A DNA stretch of 64,000 nt, from contig CAWBEI010000001.1 of NCBI GenBank assembly GCA_963787835.1, positions 1 to 64,000 on the forward strand, given 5' to 3'. The translations under genes and the position numbers were made by a program. Position 1 is the stretch's first letter. Every line of letters starts with the position of its first letter. Source of the DNA: Ignavibacteriota bacterium. GTDB taxonomy: Bacteria > Bacteroidota > Ignavibacteria > Palsa-1295. This document shows, in pieces, positions 10,003 through 19,400 of this stretch. The notes beneath the pieces are model-generated. The model ran no database searches. It was given only the letters and a program-made list of their open reading frames with translations, and had not been told where the DNA came from.

Positions 10003-13000
10003 ATGAAACGATTTCTGTCATTGCTCGCGACCGGAGCGCTAACGCTTGGTCTTACCGTTTCTGCATCAGCCCAACGTCGTGGGTTAAGTGGGGCAGCCCT
10101 CGTGCTCGACGATTATCATGGGCATACCATTACTATGGAGACCCCACAATTGACGTCTCCACCAAATGCAGAATATTTGGCATGGGAAAATGCTGGTTTC
10201 CCCCCGCTTACTTGGACCGCACCCGTGCCGCCAATTACCGGTGCACAGGCAGGATTCGTTTTTTCCGGTCCGTTGACCCCGGCTTCGATCACCCCGTACC
10301 TTTCCTATTGGCTCCCACCGGGAGTTACTAGCCCCTATACTGGCAATAAGGGCGGTTACGCCGGCGCGTGGGATTATGCCACGACGAATCAGCTCGGCCT
10401 TCTTACCACGGGTTCACCCCTTGGCGATCAAGAAAATGTCGTTACAGATGCCTCTGGCCATCTCATCACGCAAGCGAATGGCGGCAACAATACGGTATTG
10501 CATGGCACGACCCCTCCGAGTTGGGGCGCAGTGGTAGATGGCGACATTACCGCAGCTACCATCACCAGCGACCGATTGGCAAATACTGCTGTATCGGCAG
10601 GTAGCTATGGGGATGCGACGCACACCGGTACTTTCACTGTAAATGCCGAAGGACAACTTACTGCTGCTTCGAGTACACTTATTACACTTTCCGGCGATGT
10701 AACAGGCAACGCAGGTGCTACGACGATCGCGAACACCTCAATCGGTGGCGGTCATATTATCGCCGCCTTGACGACGAATGGCGGTACATTGACCAATAGC
10801 ACGACAGGCAATGCATCCACGGCAACTAACGCGACGAACGCCGCGAACTTATCCGGTTCGAATTTAACGGGTGACGTGACGAACGTTGGCGACGCAACCA
10901 CGATCGCGAACACGTCGGTTGGTGGTGGTCATATTATCGCCGCGCTGACGACGAACGGCGGCACGCTTACGAATAGCACGACAGGCAATGCTGCTACGGC
11001 AACAAACGCAACGAATGCTGCTAACCTTACGGGCTCGAACCTGACAGGTGATGTTACGAATGTAGGCGATGCAACAACGATCGCGAACACCTCTGTTGGC
11101 GGCGGCCACATCATCGCAGCATTGACAACGAACGGTGGCACGCTCACGAACAGCACGACAGGTAATGCTGCAACGGCCACGAGTGCAGCCAACCTTACGA
11201 GCTCGAACCTGACAGGTGACGTCACAAACGTTGGTGATGCAACCACGATCGCGAACACCTCAATCGGCGGCGGCCACATTATAGCTGCTTTGACGACGAA
11301 CGGCGGTACACTCACGAATAGCACGACAGGTAATGCTGCAACGGCCACGAGTGCAGCCAACCTTACGGGCTCGAACCTTACGGGCGACGTGACGAATGTT
11401 GGCGACGCAACGACGATCGCGAACACCTCAATCGGTGGCGGTCATATTATAGCTGCTTTGACGACGAACGGCGGTACACTCACGAATAGCACGACAGGTA
11501 ATGCTGCAACGGCCACGAGTGCAGCCAACCTTACGGGCTCGAACCTTACGGGTGACGTGACGAACGTAGGTGACGCAACAACGATCGCGAACACCTCAAT
11601 CGGTGGCGGTCATATTATCGCCGCCTTGACGACGAATGGCGGTACATTGACCAATAGCACGACAGGCAATGCCTCCACGGCAACAAATGCGACGAACGCC
11701 GCGAATTTATCCGGTTCGAATTTAACGGGTGACGTGACGAATGTTGGCGACGCAACGACGATCGCGAACACCTCTGTCGGTGGCGGTCATATTATCTCCG
11801 CCTTGACGACGAATGGCGGTACGCTTACGAATAGCACGACTGGCAATGCATCCACGGCAACAAACGCGACGAATGCCGCGAATTTATCCGGTTCGAATTT
11901 AACTGGTGACGTGACGAATGTTGGCGACGCAACGACGATCGCGAACACGTCGGTTGGTGGTGGTCACATCATTGCCGCGTTGACGACGAACGGCGGTACG
12001 CTCACGAACAGCACGACAGGCAATGCCTCCACGGCAACAAACGCAACAAGCGCCGCGAACTTATCCGGTTCGAACTTAACGGGTGACATGACGAACGTTG
12101 GTGACGCGACAACGATCGCGAACACCTCGACAGGCGGCGGCCACATCATCGCAGCCTTGACGACAAACGGCGGTACGCTGACGAACAACACCAGTGGCAC
12201 TGCGTCATCGGCAACGTCCGCTGCAAATCTCACTGGCTCGAACCTTACGGGCGACGTGACGAACATAGGTGACGCAACGACGATCGCGAACACGTCGGTT
12301 GGTGGTGGTCACATCATCGCCGCGTTGACAACGAACGGCGGCACGCTTACGAATAGCACGACTGGCAATGCCTCCACGGCAACAAACGCGACGAATTCTG
12401 CGAACTTATCCGGTTCGAACCTTACGGGCGACGTTACGAACGTAGGTGATGCCACCACGATCGCGAACACCTCCGTCGGTGGCGGTCATATTATCGCCGC
12501 CTTGACGACGAACGGCGGTACGCTGACGAACAATACCTCTGGTAGCGCGGCATCAGCAGCCAATCTTACTGGCTCGAACCTTACAGGTGACGTGACGAAC
12601 GTAGGTGACGCAACGACGATCGCGAACACCTCCGTCGGTGGCGGTCATATTATCGCAGCCTTGACAACGAACGGTGGAACGCTCACGAACAGTACGACGG
12701 GTAATGCCGCGACTGCTACGAGTGCAGCCAACCTTACGGGCTCGAACCTTACTGGTGACGTGACGAATGTTGGCGACGCAACAACGATCGCGAACACCTC
12801 AGTTGGCGGCGGCCACATCATCGCCGCCTTGACGACGAATGGCGGTACACTGACGAATAACACCTCGGGCAGTGCAGCATCAGCAGCCAATCTTACAGGT
12901 TCGAACTTAACGGGTGACGTGACGAATGTTGGCGACGCAACAACGATCGCGAACACCTCTGTCGGTGGCGGTCATATTATCTCCGCCTTGACGACGAATG

Positions 13001-16000
13001 GCGGTACATTAACCAATAGCACGACAGGCAATGCCTCCACGGCAACAAATGCGACGAACGCCGCGAACTTATCCGGTTCGAATTTAACGGGTGACGTGAC
13101 GAACGTAGGTGACGCAACGACGATCGCGAACACCTCAGTTGGTGGCGGCCACATTATAGCTGCTTTGACGACGAACGGCGGTACACTCACGAATAGCACG
13201 ACAGGTAATGCTGCAACGGCCACGAGTGCAGCCAACCTTACGGGCTCGAACCTTACGGGTGACGTGACGAACGTAGGTGACGCGACAACGATCGCGAACA
13301 CCTCAGTTGGTGGCGGCCACATTATAGCTGCTTTGACGACGAACGGCGGTACGCTCACGAACAACACCTCGGGTAGCGCGGGATCGGCAACGAATGCGGC
13401 AAACCTGACCGGCTCGAATTTGACGGGTGACGTGACGAACGTAGGTGACGCTACGACGATCGCGAACACCTCTGTCGGCGGGGGTCACATTATCGCCGCC
13501 TTGACGACGAACGGCGGTACGCTCACGAACAGCACGACAGGCAATGCCTCCACGGCAACAAACGCGACGAACGCCGCGAACTTATCCGGTTCGAACTTAA
13601 CGGGTGACGTGACGAATGTTGGCGACGCAACAACGATCGCGAACACCTCAGTTGGCGGCGGCCACATCATCGCCGCCTTGACGACGAATGGCGGTACACT
13701 GACGAATAACACCTCGGGCAGTGCAGCATCAGCAGCCAATCTTACAGGTTCGAACTTAACGGGTGACGTGACGAATGTTGGCGACGCAACAACGATCGCG
13801 AACACCTCAGTTGGTGGCGGCCACATTATAGCTGCTTTGACGACGAACGGCGGTACACTCACGAATAGCACGACAGGTAATGCTGCAACGGCCACGAGTG
13901 CAGCCAACCTTACGGGCTCGAACCTTACGGGTGACGTGACGAACGTAGGTGACGCGACAACGATTGCGAACACGTCCACTAGCGGCGCTGACATTATAGC
14001 CGCTTTGACGACGAACGGCAGTACGCTCACGAACAACACCTCGGGTAGCGCGGGATCGGCAACGAGTGCAGCAAACCTGACCGGTTCTAATCTAACCGGT
14101 GATATTACGAACGTAGGTGACGCAACGACGATCGCGAACACCTCCGTCGGTGGCGGTCATATTATCGCCGCCTTGACGACGAACGGCGGTACGCTCACGA
14201 ACAGCACGACAGGCAATGCTGCCACGGCAACAAGCGCCGCGAACTTATCCGGTTCGAACTTAACGGGTGACGTGACGAACGTAGGTGACGCAACGACGAT
14301 CGCGAACACCTCAGTCGGTGGCGGCCACATCATCGCCGCGTTGACAACGAACGGCGGCACGCTTACGAATAGCACGACAGGCAATGCTGCCACGGCAACA
14401 AGCGCGACGAACGCCGCGAACTTATCCGGTTCGAACTTAACGGGTGACGTGACGAACGTTGGCGACGCTACGACGATCGCGAATACCTCAATCGGTGGCG
14501 GTCATATTATCGCCGCCTTGACGACGAATGGCGGTACATTGACCAACAGCACGACAGGCAATGCCTCCACGGCAACAAATGCGACGAACGCCGCGAACTT
14601 ATCTGGTTCGAACCTTACGGGCGACGTTACGAACGTAGGTGATGCCACCACGATCGCGAACACCTCGACAGGCGGCGGTCATATTATCGCCGCGTTGACG
14701 ACGAACGGCGGTACGCTCACGAACAACACATCGGGAACTGCCTTGAATGTGACTGGCATCGTAGGTGTAGCCAACGGCGGTACAGGTGCAAATCTTTCGT
14801 CGACAGGCGGTACTTCGAATGTTTTATTGCAATCGAGCACTGGTGCTCCCATCACAGTGGGCCAGCTTTCATCGAGCGATCTATCCGATGGTGGTTCACT
14901 TGCGACAACGAGCTATGTAGATAACGCGGTTAATAACGCACTGTCATCCGCCAATTCCTATACGGATAACGCAGTCAGCAACGCGATCACGCTCACCGAG
15001 GGCTACACGGATAACGCAGTCAGCAACGCGGTCACGCTCACCGAGGGCTATACGAACACCGCAGTTAGCAACGCGATCACGCTCACCGAGGGCTATACGA
15101 ACACCGCAGTTAGTAACGCGATCACCACATCTGAGAGCTATACTGATTCAAAGGTCGCTAATTATCTTCCACTTGCCGGTGGCATTATGACGGGTGCGAT
15201 CGACATGGGAACCCCGAACAATCAGATCAATGATCTGAAGGACCCGACATCGCCACAGGATGCGGCGACGAAGAATTATGTCGATAACGCGATCGGTTCT
15301 TACACCCCGACGCCTTCGTTTAGCGCCATCGCGACGGGTGTTAATGCTACGGCCACTATGACTGTAAATACTGGCGCCTCGCTCACGTATGAGAACGACG
15401 GCACCATCAATGCGTCAAGCCTTGAAAGCGCAACATGGGAAGCACCGGGAACCATCGGGAGTGGCACGCCGAATACCGGTGCATTCACTACGTTAAGCGC
15501 GGCACCCACAAGCGATGTTGTTGCCGTTCAGATCACTGGATTTAGCGGAGGTACCTCCGCTGACGTGAACGCGAACAATTGGAGCGTTTCCCATGCGGGT
15601 GCCGGTACCTTCAATGGAGGTCTCTCCTTAAACGGTGCCGCAACACCCGTTGCGAACGAGATCCAGTTCTACAATGGAACCTCCACCTCGCAGGGTACAC
15701 TTGCTTCGGCTGCCTCGGCCAATACTCCGACCTGGACGCTTCCCGACGAAACCGGTACCATCGCGCTTGTAAGCCAGCTCCCAACGGCTACTAATTTCAT
15801 TGTGAATTCCGGTTCCGTTCAGTCCGGTGCGCAATTTAATATTAGCGGCAATGGCACGATAGGCGGTGTCCTTTATACCACCGACATTGAAGATCCGCCC
15901 ACAGGATTGCATGTCAACACGTCCAGCGGAGGTAGTACCTCTATTGGTAACTCGAGCGGAGGGACTTCTATCACTGGTAAGAACTGGAGCGTGAACGATG

Positions 16001-16356
16001 CTACGGGTGCTGTTACGACCACGGGCAACATCTCGACAACGTCTTCCGGTACGATCACATCGGCGGGAACACTGACCGCTTCCGGTAACCTTGTTGGAGG
16101 TGGAAGCGTGCAGTTCCATACCATCACGACGATGGCTACTCCGTTCTACCAGGCACAGCCTTCCGATTATTACATTATCGTGAACACGGGCGGCACTGGC
16201 GTGAAAATGCCGGCCGGGGCCGTTGCAGGACAGAAGCTTATTATCACGAACGCCACGGCTACGGCGTTCACGGCAGCCAACAGCGACTTCGCTGTTCCGC
16301 CGGGAACCACTTGGAACCTCATTTTCGATGGCTCCAACTGGCAACTTGTCTTTTAA
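10003..16356 (+). CDS. Giant secreted repetitive fibre protein 1 (2117 aa), trimeric tail-fibre/adhesin-like
   Basis: Signal peptide ...SASA|Q; N-domain shared with 27236 and 30217; 24 tandem repeats; 15-residue YTD repeats; YLPLAGGIMTG; DAATKNYVD; C-terminal MP..G.KL.I.N...FDGSNW knob. Confidence 0.85.
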   Translation: MKRFLSLLATGALTLGLTVSASAQRRGLSGAALVLDDYHGHTITMETPQLTSPPNAEYLAWENAGFPPLTWTAPVPPITGAQAGFVFSGPLTPASITPYLSYWLPPGVTSPYTGNKGGYAGAWDYATTNQLGLLTTGSPLGDQENVVTDASGHLITQANGGNNTVLHGTTPPSWGAVVDGDITAATITSDRLANTAVSAGSYGDATHTGTFTVNAEGQLTAASSTLITLSGDVTGNAGATTIANTSIGGGHIIAALTTNGGTLTNSTTGNASTATNATNAANLSGSNLTGDVTNVGDATTIANTSVGGGHIIAALTTNGGTLTNSTTGNAATATNATNAANLTGSNLTGDVTNVGDATTIANTSVGGGHIIAALTTNGGTLTNSTTGNAATATSAANLTSSNLTGDVTNVGDATTIANTSIGGGHIIAALTTNGGTLTNSTTGNAATATSAANLTGSNLTGDVTNVGDATTIANTSIGGGHIIAALTTNGGTLTNSTTGNAATATSAANLTGSNLTGDVTNVGDATTIANTSIGGGHIIAALTTNGGTLTNSTTGNASTATNATNAANLSGSNLTGDVTNVGDATTIANTSVGGGHIISALTTNGGTLTNSTTGNASTATNATNAANLSGSNLTGDVTNVGDATTIANTSVGGGHIIAALTTNGGTLTNSTTGNASTATNATSAANLSGSNLTGDMTNVGDATTIANTSTGGGHIIAALTTNGGTLTNNTSGTASSATSAANLTGSNLTGDVTNIGDATTIANTSVGGGHIIAALTTNGGTLTNSTTGNASTATNATNSANLSGSNLTGDVTNVGDATTIANTSVGGGHIIAALTTNGGTLTNNTSGSAASAANLTGSNLTGDVTNVGDATTIANTSVGGGHIIAALTTNGGTLTNSTTGNAATATSAANLTGSNLTGDVTNVGDATTIANTSVGGGHIIAALTTNGGTLTNNTSGSAASAANLTGSNLTGDVTNVGDATTIANTSVGGGHIISALTTNGGTLTNSTTGNASTATNATNAANLSGSNLTGDVTNVGDATTIANTSVGGGHIIAALTTNGGTLTNSTTGNAATATSAANLTGSNLTGDVTNVGDATTIANTSVGGGHIIAALTTNGGTLTNNTSGSAGSATNAANLTGSNLTGDVTNVGDATTIANTSVGGGHIIAALTTNGGTLTNSTTGNASTATNATNAANLSGSNLTGDVTNVGDATTIANTSVGGGHIIAALTTNGGTLTNNTSGSAASAANLTGSNLTGDVTNVGDATTIANTSVGGGHIIAALTTNGGTLTNSTTGNAATATSAANLTGSNLTGDVTNVGDATTIANTSTSGADIIAALTTNGSTLTNNTSGSAGSATSAANLTGSNLTGDITNVGDATTIANTSVGGGHIIAALTTNGGTLTNSTTGNAATATSAANLSGSNLTGDVTNVGDATTIANTSVGGGHIIAALTTNGGTLTNSTTGNAATATSATNAANLSGSNLTGDVTNVGDATTIANTSIGGGHIIAALTTNGGTLTNSTTGNASTATNATNAANLSGSNLTGDVTNVGDATTIANTSTGGGHIIAALTTNGGTLTNNTSGTALNVTGIVGVANGGTGANLSSTGGTSNVLLQSSTGAPITVGQLSSSDLSDGGSLATTSYVDNAVNNALSSANSYTDNAVSNAITLTEGYTDNAVSNAVTLTEGYTNTAVSNAITLTEGYTNTAVSNAITTSESYTDSKVANYLPLAGGIMTGAIDMGTPNNQINDLKDPTSPQDAATKNYVDNAIGSYTPTPSFSAIATGVNATATMTVNTGASLTYENDGTINASSLESATWEAPGTIGSGTPNTGAFTTLSAAPTSDVVAVQITGFSGGTSADVNANNWSVSHAGAGTFNGGLSLNGAATPVANEIQFYNGTSTSQGTLASAASANTPTWTLPDETGTIALVSQLPTATNFIVNSGSVQSGAQFNISGNGTIGGVLYTTDIEDPPTGLHVNTSSGGSTSIGNSSGGTSITGKNWSVNDATGAVTTTGNISTTSSGTITSAGTLTASGNLVGGGSVQFHTITTMATPFYQAQPSDYYIIVNTGGTGVKMPAGAVAGQKLIITNATATAFTAANSDFAVPPGTTWNLIFDGSNWQLVF
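10693..14739 (+). repeat. 24 intragenic tandem repeats of 53/56/59 aa (159/168/177 bp)
   Basis: Unit GDVTNVGDATTIANTSVGGGHIIAALTTNGGTLTNSTTGNA(ATA/TNA)nANLTGSNLT, counted in the translation. Confidence 0.95.
14914..15147 (+). repeat. 45-bp (15-residue) Y-T-D/N coiled-coil repeats, six Y positions
   Basis: YVDNAVNNALSSANS YTDNAVSNAITLTEG YTDNAVSNAVTLTEG YTNTAVSNAITLTEG YTNTAVSNAITTSES YTD. Confidence 0.9.
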
Positions 16357-16458
16357 TTCATTTTTTACACACAGAACGATCCCGAAAACATTCGATCCTT
16401 CGGCGGTTTTCGAGTTCGATACCAAACGCCTTACACACATACAACTCTTAAAATCATT

Positions 16459-19400
16459 ATGACTTCCATTCGCAGATTCCTATCCCGCGCGGCCCTTGGC
16501 GCATTTGCCGCTTCGCTGTTCTTCGCCTCCGCGTCCCACGCACAAGTGCGTCAGACGAACATCTATATTGACAACGGTTCCGGAGCGTTCACCGACCTTA
16601 AGGGCGGCGGCACCGGAACGATCACGTTTCCGGCTGTAACCGGAACCGCCATCACCACCGGTAACCTTTCGGCTATTACCGGGCTCGGAACCATCAGCAG
16701 CGGCGTTTGGAACGGCACTGCGATCGGCCTGCAATATGGGGGCACCGGAGTCGATGGCACCAACATCGCCACCAATCTCTTCTTTGCCGGTCCGAATGGA
16801 TCGACCGGTTCGGCCACGTTCCGCGCGATCGCACCGGCTGATCTTCCTATCGCAACGACCACAACGTTAGGCGCAGTCGAAGCCGACGGAACTACTATCA
16901 CCATTACAGGTGGTGGCGTGATCAGCGCCGTTGCTGCAGCGCCGAGCGGTGCTGCCGGTGGGGATCTTGGTAGTACCTATCCGAACCCAACGGTTGTCAG
17001 CGTTGCGGATGTAACAACGGGTGTGCTCAAGATTGCGAATGGTGGTACGGGCGCAGCGACGGTTGGGTCTAACAACTTAGTCTTTGCGGGACCGTCCACG
17101 AGCGCACCGGGCGCACCCTCCTTCCGATCGTTGGTGGCCTCGGATATTCCTTCCCTCAGTGGTACCTATCTTCCGCTTGCGGGTGGTACCATGACGGGAA
17201 CGGAGACCTTCACCGTGTCTTCCGGCAATGACATTACCGGCGACTCGTGGAGTGTCGATAATGCTGGTAACGTAACGGCAACGAGCTTCTCCGGTGCAGG
17301 CACGGGTTTTACAGGAACTGCGACCAGCTTAAATATTGGCGGCAATGCAGCAACGGCAACCACTGCAGCGGCACTTTCACCGGGCGCGACGATCAACGGT
17401 GTGAACTTTACAGGCGCTGCTCCGATCACGGTGACAGCAGCGATGAATACGCTCACGGGTACCAACTACGCAGCAGGCAACGGCTCTGCAATTACGAATC
17501 TTTCCGGCGGTAATATCACCACAGGTACAGTTCCGTATGCTGCCATTCAGCAAGAGTCGGCTAACACGTTGCTCGGTAACCCGACAGCTGGGTCTCAAGC
17601 TCCGGAAGAGATCACGATCGGCACTGGAATCACGGTTACTGGAACGACGATCAGTGTCACCGGTGCACCGCCGACGGGTACAGCAGGGGGCGATCTTACG
17701 GGAAGCTATCCCGGCCCAACCATTGTGGGGACTGCCGGCAATGACATCGTGGATGCTATCAACAATGCAGCAACCACGCATAATATTAACAACACCGCTA
17801 TCAGCATAACGGCAGGCGCAGCAAACTTATCGAACATTACGGTAGCGCCGACGAGCGGTACCGCAATACAGATTAATAATGCAACCGTATCAACCTTTGA
17901 CATCTCGGCCAATAACTGGAATGTTCAACAAAGCGGTAATGCTAATTTTACCGGCGGTATAGGGGTTGGCTCGAACATTACCCACGTCGCGGGAACAGTT
18001 ACTATCTTGGATGGCACTGGAGGTTATGGCACATTGCAAGCCGCAGCTGCGATTCCCACCAACCCAGTTTGGACGCTACCCAATGCGACAGGTACTATCG
18101 CCCTTACAAGCCAGCTTCCAGCAGCCAACAGCTTTATCAACAATAGCGCAACGCAGCAAACAAGCGCAAACTTCAATATTGATGGCAGCGGCACCATTGG
18201 CGGTACGCTGAATGTCGATAATATCGAAGATGCTGTCGTGCTTCAGATCAACACCGGCGCTGGAAAGAACACAGAGATCGGTAATGCGTCGGGAACCACG
18301 ACAATTACGACAAGCAATTGGGGCGTCGATAATCTTGGTAACGTAACTGCAACGAGCTTCTCTGGAACCGGCTCTGCGCTCACGAGTCTTTCTGGCGCCA
18401 ATATTACCGCTGGCTCGATTCCGTATTCTGCCATTACTAATGAGACTGCAAGCACGCTGCTTGGTAATCCGACGGCAGGATCGGCTGCTCCGAGCGAGAT
18501 CACGCTTGGTGCTGGCCTCAGCTTCTCTGGAAATACGCTGGTGGGCACAGGCGGAACGGTAACCTCGGTTTCGGTGACGACGGCGAACGGCGTATCGGGT
18601 TCGGTAGCGAATCCGACGACGACGCCAGCGATTTCGCTGACGCTTGGTGACATCACCCCGACTTCGGTTGCGGCGACAGGCACGGTAACGGGTTCGAATC
18701 TTTCGGGTACAAACACTGGCGATCAGACGATCACGCTGACGGGTCCGGTAACGGGCTCCGGCACAGGAACCTTCGCGACGACGATCACGCCTTCGGCGGT
18801 GACGTATGGTGATATTCAGAACGAATCGACAGTCACGCTTCTCGGTAATCCGACGGCCGGATCGGCTGCTCCGAGCGAGATCACACTTGGTGCTGGCCTC
18901 AGCTTCTCTGGAAATACGCTGGTGGGCACAGGCGGAACGGTAACCTCGGTTTCGGTGACGACGGCGAACGGCGTATCGGGTTCGGTAGCGAATCCGACGA
19001 CGACGCCAGCGATCTCGCTGACCCTTGGTGACATCACACCAACTTCGGTTGCGGCGACAGGCACGGTAACGGGTTCGAATCTTTCGGGTACAAACACTGG
19101 CGATCAGACGATCACGCTGACGGGTCCGGTAACGGGCTCCGGCACAGGAACCTTCGCGACGACGATCACGCCTTCGGCGGTGACGTATGGCGATATTCAG
19201 AACGAATCGACAGTCACGCTTCTCGGTAATCCGACAGCCGGATCGGCTGCTCCCAGCGAGATCACGCTTGGTGCTGGCCTCAGCTTCTCTGGAAATACGC
19301 TGGTGGGCACAGGCGGAACGGTAACCTCGGTTTCGGTGACGACGGCGAATGGCGTCTCTGGTTCGGTAGCGAATCCGACGACGACGCCAGCGATCTCGCT

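Noticed and set aside
10693-14739. Ice-nucleation or antifreeze protein
   Set aside because: Thr-rich but lacks the 16-residue AGYGSTxT periodicity or regular TxT ladders.
16150-16356. YadA-type autotransporter anchor (fibre 1 ends in ...WQLVF)
   Set aside because: Lacks the coiled coil plus four amphipathic strands; resembles a fibre knob, and the other fibres do not share the ending.
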